IMG/VR virus record: IMGVR_UViG_3300013307_000003
Location: 1 to 64,000 of that record
Reading direction: 5' to 3' (one strand)
DNA: 64,000 nt
Source: a virus
Shown here: positions 20,465 through 31,324 of the stretch, piece after piece
How the letters are laid out: each line of letters begins with the position of its first letter
How positions within the stretch are numbered: position 1 is the first letter of the stretch
The notes under the pieces: model-generated
Told to the model about the DNA's origin: nothing
The model's input: only the letters and a program-made list of their open reading frames with translations
Databases searched by the model: none
Program-made: the position numbers and the translations under genes

Positions 20465-21576
20465 GCTTCCTCCCCCTCCTCACTGTCCCACTCCCACTTG
20501 TCCAGCGCCTTGAGCGCGGCATCCACGACAGATCGCATCGGCAACTCAAGCCCGTACCATATCTTATGCTTGCTGCGGCACGCTGTTTCCAGCAGTTCCG
20601 TGAACTCGAACTTCGCGTCGTCTGGCAAGGCGTCGATCACTTCCGGGAGCAGGTTGCGGTCGCGGCAGTAATCTTTCGCTCGCATCCACTTGAAGAGGTT
20701 CCTCTTTTCTGCCTCTGCGTCGTGCCACAGTTCAGAATTATTCGGGCAGATTTCATAACCGCAAGCGTTCATCATTGCGCGGTTCAGGTCGTCGTCACTT
20801 GGTATCATACTCGTCTCTCCCTTCGGTGATGCCCGCACCTACGCCTTCAGCCGTTGCATATCTCTCTTGGCTTGCTCTAAGCACGCAATCAGATTGCTAA
20901 CCGCCTCCTCGTCCATCGGCCCGCTGTGCCCCTGCACCATAACGCCTTGTGCGCTCGCCGATATATCAAAGAAGATGGCTGTCGGCTCCAGAGTTCTTCG
21001 ATACCGCGTGACGACTCCGGTCGCCGCAGAACTCTCCTTGCCGACAAACCCTTGCGGCTGGACGGCGGTATCGGGTTGCCGCTTCATCCAATCGCACCGA
21101 TCCCGCGACACATTAAGATCCAGGTATTTTCCAGAAACAGGAGGCGTATCGCTGATCTGCATCATCAGCGTGTCTTCATTCAACCGCTCAATCGAAATCA
21201 TCGTCCTTCTCTCCTTGCTGCTGCTGCTGCTCGGTGCGCGCGGGGCGGCTTACCAGTTGTCGTTCGGTCCCGGTGCGTCGTGGTCGGGGTCTTCGTCTTG
21301 GACCGGCGGACCTGGACAATCCCGGTCAAGTTCCATCTCACCGCACTTGCAGATCGTGCAATATGCAAGGGTGCCTTCACATACCCCGCAGTACGGACAG
21401 CCGCAGTCGCACTCTGCGGGCGTCATCAATTTGTGTCCTTTTCCCACTTCAGTCTCCTTTTGGCCGTTTCAAATTCAATCCAATCTGCGCATGAACCACA
21501 ATCATCTGTAGCGCGTCCGGCTCCGCTTCCTGTGCCAACCGCGTGCACGTCTGGAGCTGCGAGCGGAGGGAACGGA

Positions 21577-22209
21577 TTACGCAGCGTTGCCTTCACCGAA
21601 AAAGCCGTTGACTATATCGCGGGGCGGGTTTTTTGCTAGCGCGTCCAGCGCTTCCGCAAACTTCTCTGCGGGTTCGGTGAGCATCGGCGACTGTCTCACA
21701 TGTTCACGATGTAACTTTGCAGGCTCGCTGTTCATGTCCAGCATCGTCTGCTTAACCGCCAATTGGCCGATGACTTTTTGAATGACAGCGCGGCCAGGTG
21801 GGTCGTGCTCGTCGTCCTTCGCTAGCATTCCCATTGCCTCGTAGCAGTAATTCCGCTGTTCTTGGGTGTCCAGCCACATCACCAAGTCTGAGAGTTCTTT
21901 GAGCGTCCATATCTCGTTCGGCGTTCCGATCAGCCTGTGAATTTTCGTCGCCACTTCCGATGGGCGCAGGTAGGCTATGGGGCGGATAGACGCTTCACCG
22001 GAGTTGTCTGTGGCAAATCCCACGCAGTCACCGGACGCTGTAAAACACGGTTGGTTGACTTGAATTCCTGCAAGTCGCCCGATCCATGCGGCCCATAGTC
22101 GCGCCGGCATTCGCTGGTTGGTTTCTTTCAGTCGCTCAGCAGCGTTTACATCCGCCTCGAAGTTTCGAGGGCGCGGCAACCGAGCTTTCACATTGACTGC
22201 AGCAGGCAT
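21577..22209 (-). CDS. Hypothetical protein, possible replication accessory (loader-like)
   Basis: Directly downstream of and overlapping the initiator; position-based only. Confidence 0.35.
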   Translation of the reverse strand: MPAAVNVKARLPRPRNFEADVNAAERLKETNQRMPARLWAAWIGRLAGIQVNQPCFTASGDCVGFATDNSGEASIRPIAYLRPSEVATKIHRLIGTPNEIWTLKELSDLVMWLDTQEQRNYCYEAMGMLAKDDEHDPPGRAVIQKVIGQLAVKQTMLDMNSEPAKLHREHVRQSPMLTEPAEKFAEALDALAKNPPRDIVNGFFGEGNAA

Positions 22210-23162
22210 GGCTTCTCACTTTCTGCCAGCGGCGGAGGAGGCACAACAGCCGCCTTTGCCCTCCTTCGGCGTTCTTCTTGCTCGGCAAGTAACTTTGCTT
22301 CGCGTTCCCGTTCGGCATCGGCTCGCTCTTGCGCCTCCCGTGCCGACAGTTCGGCTTCGTCCTCCACGACTTCATCGGGAATGACAGGCTTGCCATTTCC
22401 GCTGCGCCGTATCCAATTCCGGGCGGTCGCTTGCCAGTCACGCATCGGGTTTCGCCCCACCATCCAGCCGTTGCCGGTGTAGTGGTCGAAATAAAATCGG
22501 GCTTCTGCCCCAGTCGAACCGTTCGCCCTGAAGAAATCACCGACAGTCTTCGCAGCAGGCGGCTCGAATTTTCGGCGAATTTTCTGCACATTCGAATTCG
22601 AAGTGCCGTGCGTGGCGTGATTTTCGCCCGTCAGGGCAGGCGCTTGCGCCTCAACTCTCTCTTCCGAAGGTGAAAGAGAAGGTGAAACAGAAAGAGAAGG
22701 AGAAGGTGAAAGAGAAACGCTGTTTTCTGCCGTTTCTTGCTGTTTCTTGCTGCTGCCGTCTCGAAGTGCTTCAGCGTATGCTGTATATTGCTGATTGGCG
22801 GGGAACCTGGACCCGGTATCAGCAAGGCGTTTGTCTGAATTGATGTAGCTTTGCCGCTTGAACCACGTCTGCGGCGGGAACGCTATGTACTGCTTGCCAT
22901 CTACTTCGTACAGGTCCCAAAGTCCCAACTCGGCAATCTTCTCTAACACGGCTTGCACTTGCGCGGTCGTCTCATCGAAGCCAGGACAAACCAGCATCTT
23001 GAACTCGCGAGGATTTCCAGGCAGCCGCCCCCAGTCATCCGCCTGAGGTATCGCCATTAGGTACATTGCCACCGCGTTGTGACCAAATATCGAAAGGTCA
23101 GCAATTCTGGCATCTTGACTAACGTCTGTTGAGACTTCACGCTTGCGGCTCATCTGCGCCAT
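22188..23162 (-). CDS. Phage replication initiator
   Basis: N-terminal ADDWGRL winged-helix type domain, low-complexity SPSPSLS linker, C-terminal DHY..NGW.VG..PM.DWQA.ARNW. Confidence 0.8.
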   Translation of the reverse strand: MAQMSRKREVSTDVSQDARIADLSIFGHNAVAMYLMAIPQADDWGRLPGNPREFKMLVCPGFDETTAQVQAVLEKIAELGLWDLYEVDGKQYIAFPPQTWFKRQSYINSDKRLADTGSRFPANQQYTAYAEALRDGSSKKQQETAENSVSLSPSPSLSVSPSLSPSEERVEAQAPALTGENHATHGTSNSNVQKIRRKFEPPAAKTVGDFFRANGSTGAEARFYFDHYTGNGWMVGRNPMRDWQATARNWIRRSGNGKPVIPDEVVEDEAELSAREAQERADAEREREAKLLAEQEERRRRAKAAVVPPPPLAESEKPCLLQSM

Positions 23163-23385
23163 TCCTCCGGTGTCTTCGAGCCTTTAGAGCTATTGCACGC
23201 CCGCCATCGCGAGCAGAAGTAGCCTTTCCGTATCGTTGAACTTCCGGGCCATTTCGTCACCTAATAAACGAAAACGGGCGGGTGCTCTCTGCGGGGCCAG
23301 CCGCTTCGAACACCCACCCTCGGATTGCCACGAGTGCATCCGTCTGTATAGTATGGCTTCTGGCCTAGCCATACCGAAATGTGTT

Positions 23386-24399
23386 CTATCGAGCCATTGC
23401 CGCCAAAGTCTGTGCTGATGCGGCTGGTTGCTCGTCCGCAAAAGGATCGGCGGGTTCGCCACTCAATTCCAGGTCTGCTGCTTCATCTTCAGGTTTCGGT
23501 TTTGGCTTATCGTCCGGTCGAATAATGCCGCCTTCGGTAAGCGCGTGAACCCAGGCGTCATCTGTGAGTTGCATGACATTGCTAATGTCGCTTGCGAGCG
23601 GCTTGTCCATCTTGCAGAGCGCCTTAGCAAGATATTTTGGGTCTCCGTCGTAGCCGAGTTTCTTGAGCCGCGCCGCGAATTCTTTACCCTTAGCAAGCGC
23701 CGCTTTATCGGCCTCCGCTTTGGCCGTTGCGCGCTCCTGCGCTTCCTTCTTCGCGGCGGCTTTCACCGCTTCTTCGTCGTAAATCTCGCCAGTCTCCGTA
23801 TCGACGCCTGCGGGTGGCAGATTTACATTGGGGACATTCTCAGCCTGTGCCATTTCGTCGGAGGTATAAACGCCGGATAGCTCGGCAGGAAACGCCTTCC
23901 GAAGCGCCTGACTTTCAGCACATTTCGCAATCATTACGTCAGGCATTTTCTGCCACTGGTCGCCGAGTCGACCGTTGAAGTTCTGAGCGAAAGACTTGAA
24001 GAGTGCCACGCCCCACACCGGCGTCTTGAAACCGTTGCGCCATACGCCGACTTTCGCCGCGAGCGGCAAGCCATTCGAAAGCCACACGTCTTTCCAAATG
24101 CCGTCTTCGCCGCACCAGAACGGGCCTTCTTGACCCGCGTATTCGCCCGTGCGAGCTGCGATCAGCCTGAACCCGTCAATGCTCGCGTCGATGCACAGCT
24201 TGCCGCCGCGCTTAATTGCATAGATCTGCTTCGCGAAAGGATCGAGCCCGGTTCGCTGGCACACCGCGACGAATAGTTCGAATTCGTTTGGCGTTATGTC
24301 TCGTGGACAAAGGGTCTTGCGGAGAAGGTCACGCTTCTCCTCGTCGAATAGAACGGGCGCTTCATGCGGCTTGTGCAACGCGATCTCGTCTGTACTCAT
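23386..24399 (-). CDS. bet: Single-strand annealing protein, Bet/RecT family
   Basis: CQRTGLDPFAKQIY, SIDGFRLIA and WQKMPDVMIAKCAESQALRKAFP signatures. Confidence 0.93.
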   Translation of the reverse strand: MSTDEIALHKPHEAPVLFDEEKRDLLRKTLCPRDITPNEFELFVAVCQRTGLDPFAKQIYAIKRGGKLCIDASIDGFRLIAARTGEYAGQEGPFWCGEDGIWKDVWLSNGLPLAAKVGVWRNGFKTPVWGVALFKSFAQNFNGRLGDQWQKMPDVMIAKCAESQALRKAFPAELSGVYTSDEMAQAENVPNVNLPPAGVDTETGEIYDEEAVKAAAKKEAQERATAKAEADKAALAKGKEFAARLKKLGYDGDPKYLAKALCKMDKPLASDISNVMQLTDDAWVHALTEGGIIRPDDKPKPKPEDEAADLELSGEPADPFADEQPAASAQTLAAMAR

Positions 24400-24430
24400 C
24401 GGGCCAGTCTCCTTACCATTTGTTATACGC

Positions 24431-24496
24431 ATATTACCCTGATTGTACCCTATATGTCAATACATTTGACAAAAGATAGGGTACAGGTGGTATACT
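24431..24496. promoter_or_regulatory. Divergent sigma70-type promoters with inverted operator ATAGGGTACA
   Basis: Leftward TTGACA-N18-TAATAT; rightward TTGACA plus extended -10 TGGTATACT; TGTACCCTAT (24444-24453) and ATAGGGTACA (24476-24485). Confidence 0.75.
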
Positions 24497-24502
24497 TTTG
24501 CT

Positions 24503-24751
24503 ATGGCCGAAAATTCTAAAAAACAACAGTTCAATCTTCGCCTCAACCCGGTTGCCGAGCAGCAACTTGAAGAATTGGCCGCGCACTACAATCTCAGCAA
24601 GGCCGCGATAATCAAAATGGCTGTTTCACATCTGCACCGGCAGTATTTTCCTGACGCGCCTCCTGACGCCGATGACTTGTTTGCGGACGAAGCCCCACCC
24701 CACCCACCACCCCCGACCGGGACGCCGCCGACGCCGACCGGGAAGGGGTGA
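24503..24751 (+). CDS. Ribbon-helix-helix (CopG-like) regulator, probably leaderless
   Basis: QFNLRL...LEELA..YNLSKAAIIKMAV; ATG is 6 nt after the -10 box. Confidence 0.75.
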   Translation: MAENSKKQQFNLRLNPVAEQQLEELAAHYNLSKAAIIKMAVSHLHRQYFPDAPPDADDLFADEAPPHPPPPTGTPPTPTGKG

Positions 24752-24877
24752 AGAAGCGGGGCTTGTGACGGTAGCTCTCGCGGAGCGGCTTGTTGTCGGA
24801 CGGCCAATAGAGGCCGCACGGACAGAGCGAGCCTGTCGGGAGTTGCCAGGTGGGGCGCTGGCAGCGTGGGCAGTTGG

Positions 24878-25708
24878 TCATGCGGCTTCGTCCTCTTCGT
24901 CGTCGAGGCCGAGCGTGCCCTGCGCCAGTCGCTTGATAACTTCCTGGCAGTACTGCTCGCTCAGTTCGATCCCAATGGCGCGGCGGTTCATGCGTTTTGC
25001 GGCGCGCAGGCCGGAGCCGCTCCCCATGAAAGGCTCTAGGATCACGTCTCCAGGCTTACCGAACCGCTCGAAGCACCACGTCGCGAGGTAGACCGGCTTT
25101 TGGTTCGGGTGGAACCGCTTCTCGGTGCGCTCGCTGCCTTTGAGTAGGCCGTTCCAGCGGTGTTGGCATATTCGGACTGCGCCACCATGATTGGACCACG
25201 CGAGTTCAGCATCCGCAAAGCACGCAGTATTCTCCTTGTCCCACACGATCCACGATGACGAAGAGGGCAGAGACGCGCTGTAGTGGTTCGCGCCCCACCA
25301 GACGTGCCGCGCTTTCGGGAACGCCGCAGAACATGCACAAAACGCTTCTGTGGCGGTGTCCGTGCTGTCGTCGCCGATTACGACCGGATAGACATTTGCT
25401 GGGATCACTTTCGTACGTCCGGCGGTCCCGCCGGACGTTTGGCCCAATCGTGTTTTTATAGGCGGTCCGTGTAAGGTTTTACCGAACGGCTTCCCCGCGC
25501 CGACCGGAACGGTCGGCGCGGTTGTGGTTAAGAGAGGGTTTGCCGACGGCCTGCCGTTGAAATGCCCACTCGTCTGCACGCTCTGAATGCCGTACGGCGG
25601 ATCAGCCCACACGAACGAGACACCCGCATCCTTCAACTGCGGCAGAACATCGAACACGTTCGCACAGAAGATCGTTATGCCGTCCTGATTGTAAACAGGC
25701 TCGATCAC
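24878..25708 (-). CDS. DNA N6-adenine/N4-cytosine methyltransferase, beta-class order
   Basis: DPPY, HPNQKP and EPFMGSGS motifs. Confidence 0.92.
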   Translation of the reverse strand: MIEPVYNQDGITIFCANVFDVLPQLKDAGVSFVWADPPYGIQSVQTSGHFNGRPSANPLLTTTAPTVPVGAGKPFGKTLHGPPIKTRLGQTSGGTAGRTKVIPANVYPVVIGDDSTDTATEAFCACSAAFPKARHVWWGANHYSASLPSSSSWIVWDKENTACFADAELAWSNHGGAVRICQHRWNGLLKGSERTEKRFHPNQKPVYLATWCFERFGKPGDVILEPFMGSGSGLRAAKRMNRRAIGIELSEQYCQEVIKRLAQGTLGLDDEEDEAA

Positions 25709-26769
25709 GCCCCTCCCCCACCTTCCCCCGCGCCCGCCGCCGCCGCTGCAAACAGACTGCCGACGGCTCTCTGTGCCATTCTCATTCGTGCCTCGCTTTC
25801 AACTCGTGCAGTAGGTCCATATTGTCAATCGCGCACTTGCAGGCGATCACTACGCCGTCAGCCCATAACTTCGGCGCGTCGCCGTTGTTGAATGTCGCGA
25901 CTGCACCGGCTGCGATTACGCGAGCGCAGAGGTAGAACCCGCGCTCGCGCTCCGTCAGGTTGCGCTCGACTTCTTCAGGGAGCGACAGTGCGGCGAGCGT
26001 CGATTGCTCGCGGTTGACTTGCTTTTTGCGCTTGCTCATTCAGTCGGCCTCGCTTTCGAATGCTTGAGGAGCCTCGCGGTATATCCGTGCGACGCGTCGG
26101 CCAGTGGCGTAATAACGCCCGTACGTGGCCTCCCTTTGTTAGCGGTCGCAGTTCGTTCTGTTTCGGTTCCCATGCTCAAACGGCTCCTCAACTCCCTCAG
26201 CAGGTTCCGCCCCTACGCCCGAACGCCGCTTTGGAGGCTTCGCGTCCTGCTCTCTATGAGCTATGAGGGAAAGGTTCCGGGGGCCGCGTCCGTTATGGGC
26301 GTCCACGGCCTCGGTGTTTTTTTTGATCGTTGCTCGCACTGCGGCTCACATGGCACACCTCGCTTTCGTCGTCTGGAACGTAGGGGGCCGATCCTGCGCG
26401 GCACTCCGGGCGGTTCGGCGTCGTGTTCCGGTGGGTGGGGTTTCGGGTCGCACATCTGTTACATGTTGTTCGCGCCGATCATGCTGTGCGGAATGGTGCG
26501 GCTGTAGTTGCCCGCATTCCACTCGGCGCATACTTCAGCGTGAAGCGCAATCTCTTCCGGTGTCGAGCATTGCGTGTCGGGCTGGAACTTGCGCGGATCG
26601 CCGCCTACGAACAACCCATAGACGGGGGAGTTCATCTCGTCTTGGAATTCCATGTGGCACTTCAGGCACATCGGCTCATAGATCGAACCGTACGATGCTT
26701 TCGAGTCCGTGATGTCTTGTTCGCAGAAATGACACTTCACGACGCCACCACCGCATTCAGAACACGTTC

Positions 26770-27192
26770 CTATGATCTTGTCCATTTTCTGCCTCCTGCC
26801 GTTTCTGCCCATGCTTTAATCCGTTCGGCTACTGTGTTTATAGCAATGATAGCTTTGCTTAAGCTAACGTCTATCGGCGTTGTAGCGTATGTGTCGTTCA
26901 AGTGAATCTCCAGACTCCATAGGTAGCCTTCGACCAACACTTCCTTTTGGAACTTGGTAAAGTGCGGCGCAAAATCAAACTGCTCTAACTGCTTCACTGC
27001 GCGCGCCATAGATTCAATGCGGTTGTCCGAGCTGTGTTCAAACCATATATGCGGCCAACGATAACCATGCCCGCAGCACGACGCGGTAGTAGCGAATCCG
27101 GCAGCGTTGAGAGCGTCGCAAAGAGGGATAATCTCTTCGTCTAGTTTTTCCGGATAGTTAGGATCAAATCGAACCGTCTTGTAGTCGCTCAT
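26770..27192 (-). CDS. Phage hypothetical protein with T.xSCxGH motif
   Basis: LDEEIIPLCDALNAAGFATTASCCGH, reminiscent of TYW3-like N-termini. Confidence 0.5.
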   Translation of the reverse strand: MSDYKTVRFDPNYPEKLDEEIIPLCDALNAAGFATTASCCGHGYRWPHIWFEHSSDNRIESMARAVKQLEQFDFAPHFTKFQKEVLVEGYLWSLEIHLNDTYATTPIDVSLSKAIIAINTVAERIKAWAETAGGRKWTRS

Positions 27193-28411
27193 TTACTTGC
27201 CTCTCTGCCGATCGCGAGTGGCAACCATCGGAGCTTCTTCGTAGGGCTTATCGCCCTTGCGTGGGTATTTCTTCCGTTCATCCCACCAGCCACCAGTCCA
27301 ATAAAACGGCAAGAGTGTTGGTCGCCCTCTGAAATCTCTTGCGCCAGAAGGGTACGGGCAGTCAAGAATAGATTTGCCATTTCGGTAGTCCGATGCGCCT
27401 CGGTGGTAGGCGTCCTTTTGATGGTCCGAAGGAATGATAACCATCATTCCGTCACCACCATCGCCCTCGCCTCCCCACACCCACCCCCTCGCCCAACCTC
27501 CCGGCTCGGGTCGAAGATGGAGGGTTTGTAATCGAATGGGATTGCGCCGACGTTGGCCGCACGCGTGCGGCGATCCCATTCGGCATCTTCTGTGGCGAGC
27601 GCGGTCATTTGCGCTTCAAGCAGGGCAATGTGGGCCTCGGCGCGCGCTACTGTTTCGCGTGCCTCTCGCAGCATTCCGGCCGCGAGGTAGAGTTGGTCGC
27701 GCTTCGTTTTGATCTCGCGCAGCACGTCGCCTTGGGTGCGCTCGGTTGTCGTGGTCATTTGCTTCTCCCTATCCTCGTAATCATCGCCTTGGCGCGTCCG
27801 AACACCTGGCGTGCTTCCTTGCGCTGCTGGATGAGGTCGTAGGCGGCGAGGCAGTGCGGGCACTCGGCAAGGCGTTTGTTCATCGTGTCGGCGGACGCGT
27901 AGTCAACCTGTGTCTCGCCGTCCCAGTCCACGACATACCGTGAGCTTTGCAGTGCGCGTCGAAGGTGGTTGTTGGAGTGCACGCCGTCATCGCCTACATC
28001 CTCCCATTGCGGGCATTGCCTGAGTGCGTTGCCAATTTTGCGCGTCAGACACTTCACGAGTTCCTGCGCCTCGACGTACCGCCTGCACACTTCGATCGCT
28101 CGCGTCTCCTCGGTCATTTTCTTAACCTCTTGTGCATAATTCCGAAAAAGAAGGGTCCGATCACGAAGCCGAACCACTTATATGGTCCTTGCGATACCGT
28201 CAGGTCGTAAAGCGCGGCCGTTGGAGTGGAGTAGCCGACAAGGATTGAAAACGGGTCGCGTCCGATCATCTCCACACCCCCTTCACAACCAGCCACACCA
28301 GCCCGATCAATATCCACCCGACTACCGAGAGGCAACCCCAGGCAACCGCGCCCGCGCCTTCGTCGTGGCGCTCGGGGTCGTAGTCAGTCGCGGCGTCTTG
28401 CTGTTGCTGTG

Positions 28412-29161
28412 TCAGTCGATTGCGCATCGGTCACACCCCATATCAAAACTGAACGCCGGTTCGTCGCCTGCGAGTTTGCGCCGTCCTTTGCGGCTCGGCA
28501 CTTCGTCGGACAATGCAAGTTCAATCAGCGTTGGGCCATCCTGCATCCACCGCAGGCCGTTCGCTGTTTCGAGCGCGGCGGCTTCCGCGAACTTCTCTGG
28601 CATGTGGTAAGCCAGCGCAATCCAATCATTCTTTCGATAGTTTTTGCAGGGAGTGCAATTGGCGTGCTGCATGAACTTGTAGACACGGGGCGGCTTTATG
28701 CCGTGCTTTGCGAAGTACCCGAAACACTGCGGCTTGCTGACGCCCCACTCAATCAGCGGAAACCAGACGCTGTGCCGTTCCAAGTCCCAGTTCGCAACCG
28801 TGCGATCTGCTCGCCTTTGTTCATCCACGTCGTAGCCGTAGGCGACACGCAGCGGCTCTGTGTGGGCGTTCAGGTAGGCTCGGCTCGGAATGATCTTGAG
28901 GTCCCGGCTGCACGGCGACAACTGGCGAGCAGGGATCATGTGCTTGTCCGCGAAATACTGAAACAGGTCGCGCCCGTCGCTCGCTTCCACGACGTTCAGC
29001 CCCCACCGATCCGCGACTTCCCGCCCGAACCGATACGTGTCTTCGTCTTCGCGCTGCGTGTCGCTGAAAAGGCAGATTGGAGCGCGGCACTCGTCTTGTA
29101 GGCGGCAAGCGATGTAGGCCGAACAAATCCCCATGCTGTAGAACACGAGGTCTTGTGTCAT
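28412..29161 (-). CDS. PAPS-reductase-like (PP-loop / adenine nucleotide alpha-hydrolase) protein
   Basis: FYSMGICSA, FSDT..EDEDTYRF, CSRDLK, FPL and HANC.PC motifs. Confidence 0.75.
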   Translation of the reverse strand: MTQDLVFYSMGICSAYIACRLQDECRAPICLFSDTQREDEDTYRFGREVADRWGLNVVEASDGRDLFQYFADKHMIPARQLSPCSRDLKIIPSRAYLNAHTEPLRVAYGYDVDEQRRADRTVANWDLERHSVWFPLIEWGVSKPQCFGYFAKHGIKPPRVYKFMQHANCTPCKNYRKNDWIALAYHMPEKFAEAAALETANGLRWMQDGPTLIELALSDEVPSRKGRRKLAGDEPAFSFDMGCDRCAID

Positions 29162-29605
29162 CGCCCCATCACCACACCGCCCATCGCCCAACCGAGCGCA
29201 ACTACAAACCCGACCGCCGCCAGCGCGAACACAAGCACTTGACGGCGATAGATGCGCCGCGACTGCCTCCACGCGGCTCTGCGGGCCTCCAGGTGGGCTT
29301 CGTGGGCGTCCTGGGTGCTGCCCTGCTCGATGAATGAGCCGGTGGTGCCGTATTCCGTTCTGTAGCGTTCCGCGCTGCCGTTCATACCGAAGTCCTTTCG
29401 TCGTTCTTCACGCAGCCAGACTCACAAACCCACCATGCGCCCTTGCCTTGACACGTTTCGCAGGTTTCAGTGTCTCCAGGATCGTTGTTGATAGGGTCGT
29501 CGTCGTAAACGTCAATCACGCCGTCATCGCAACCGATTTCATGGCAGCGATAGTAGAGCGCGTAGCCGCCGCACTTCGGGCACTCACCGGGGTCGCCTTC
29601 GTCGT

Positions 29606-30022
29606 TCATACTGGTATCGTCTCCAAGAACACTTCAATCGTGCTGATCGTGTCTTTCAGGCATTCCTGATACGCGGCACGCAGGCAGTCAAGAAGCGACG
29701 TGGGCGCGCCGTCCGGGTCCATGATCTTGTCGAGATAATGGAACCGGTTCTTATCTTTAGTGATCCAGTCCACTAACTCGTCCTGGGCGTGCAGGCACGC
29801 TTCAGCGGTCTTCGTGGCAATGTGGGCGTCAACAGCGCGGTCTTCGCCGCCAATCGGGAATTCGTCGATGATCTCCATTGCTTCTTGGATCATGTGCTTG
29901 TCGTGGGCGTATTGCTCGCACGTCTTGTGCAAGTCTTTAGCCCATAGCGGTAAGGACTTGCTCCTGTCGAGATACCTCTGAGCGTGTAGCCGAGCATTTC
30001 CGTTTGTTTCGCTTATGGTCAC
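29606..30022 (-). CDS. Acidic helical protein, weakly Ocr-like
   Basis: LVDWI...NRFHYLD...LL..AYQE pattern; resemblance from memory only. Confidence 0.3.
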   Translation of the reverse strand: MTISETNGNARLHAQRYLDRSKSLPLWAKDLHKTCEQYAHDKHMIQEAMEIIDEFPIGGEDRAVDAHIATKTAEACLHAQDELVDWITKDKNRFHYLDKIMDPDGAPTSLLDCLRAAYQECLKDTISTIEVFLETIPV

Positions 30023-30209
30023 GTCGCACTCCTCTTCGCCGCCACACCCGCCTCCACAACCCTTCTCCTCACCTCCGGCCGCAACCGCTCGCCCGCCCTC
30101 CGCAGATCCGCCACGATCAAGCCGGACGCGAGCGCGGCGGCGTAGCGTGCTTCGACGGCGCGGCGGTGCTGGCGGCGTTCGGCGGGCGTGGTGGGGCGGG
30201 GGGCGGTCA

Positions 30210-31019
30210 TCAGATACTCCACGATCCGAGCAGGGGCCGGATTTGCGTTCCCGTCGCGACGCTATCGAGCACGTTGTCAAAGGCGAATTCGATGACCTTG
30301 TGGGGCCGTTCGATAATATAGGTGAATGTCAGCAAACCTTCGCCAGAGATGCGGTAACGGAGCCGTGCGGGAACTTTAATGAGTGGACCGCCAACGAACG
30401 GCGATAGTCCGAGAGTGAACTTGGTTGGGACTTTGAGATGACCTTTTGTCGCCGTACCGTTGATCTCTTCGGCGAACTCGAACTGAACAGCACCGTTGTC
30501 TAAATTGATGCCGGACTTGAACGCGACCGACTTCTTGGCCTCCAACTTTGTCGCACTCTCCATGATCGTCGCGCTCTCAGGCTCGGCAATATCGGCGAGG
30601 TTGTCCTCAAGAAACTCGGCAAAATCGACTTGCTTCATCGGCTGATTGTTCTTGCTCATCCACGTTCGCCACTCAATCGATAGCTCTAAGGTCAGCTTTG
30701 CGGTATGGGTGCACCATGACGGTTCGTCTTCGCCGCCGTGGTAGTCGATGACGGCGGTAAACGAGTTCTCGGTGCGCTTGGCAAAGATGCGGGTGTTCTC
30801 CGTCTTGAACTGATCGACATAGGTCTGAAACGACGCTTCGTCAGTCAGTGCGACCTTTGCACGAATGCGCGTCGGCGTCAGCAGAAGGTCTTCCAGGCTC
30901 TTCGGCGCATAAGCGTCCGGCAGAATTGCAAACGGTACCGTCATGCCGTCGCTGTGGATGTCGTGAACGGCCGCGCCGTGCTCAAATGCGGCGTCGTACT
31001 CGGTTCTCTCTTCGCTCAT
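30210..31019 (-). CDS. DUF2303 (YfdQ) family protein
   Basis: AVIDYH..PSWC.H.A.L..S.EW..W, Q.DFAEFLEDN and ARLRYRI motifs. Confidence 0.88.
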   Translation of the reverse strand: MSEERTEYDAAFEHGAAVHDIHSDGMTVPFAILPDAYAPKSLEDLLLTPTRIRAKVALTDEASFQTYVDQFKTENTRIFAKRTENSFTAVIDYHGGEDEPSWCTHTAKLTLELSIEWRTWMSKNNQPMKQVDFAEFLEDNLADIAEPESATIMESATKLEAKKSVAFKSGINLDNGAVQFEFAEEINGTATKGHLKVPTKFTLGLSPFVGGPLIKVPARLRYRISGEGLLTFTYIIERPHKVIEFAFDNVLDSVATGTQIRPLLGSWSI

Positions 31020-31324
31020 CGTGTTTTATTGATCTCCAGTAGTTCGCCCATGTTGGCCTGTCGCGGATCAGTGCGGGTAAGGTCGCCGCGTTCCTCGTCG
31101 AAGAAAAACTGCGTGCTCTCCTTTGCTCGCTTCGGCGGCGTGCCGACTATTTCGTCGCGGATCGTCAGCCGGTTTCCGCCCGCAGGCTCGATCGTGATTT
31201 TGAAAGTCACTGTGCCCGCTTTGCCGGTATCCGATACCTCCGAAGCCACGCGCTGAAGTTGCTCCTCGAATTCGATTGCGGCCACTCCCTCGCGAATGCC
31301 CGTCAAGAACCTTGCTAGTTGCAT
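31016..31324 (-). CDS. Usual upstream partner of DUF2303 proteins
   Basis: V.DTGKAG.VT.KI.I.P...FF...GDL.R.DPRQ. Confidence 0.75.
   Translation of the reverse strand: MQLARFLTGIREGVAAIEFEEQLQRVASEVSDTGKAGTVTFKITIEPAGGNRLTIRDEIVGTPPKRAKESTQFFFDEERGDLTRTDPRQANMGELLEINKTR

Noticed and set aside
22660-22720. GAAGGTGAAAGAGAA repeats in the initiator gene
   Set aside because: They encode the SPSPSLS linker; could be origin iterons as in lambdoid initiators, which would be ordinary and is unproven here
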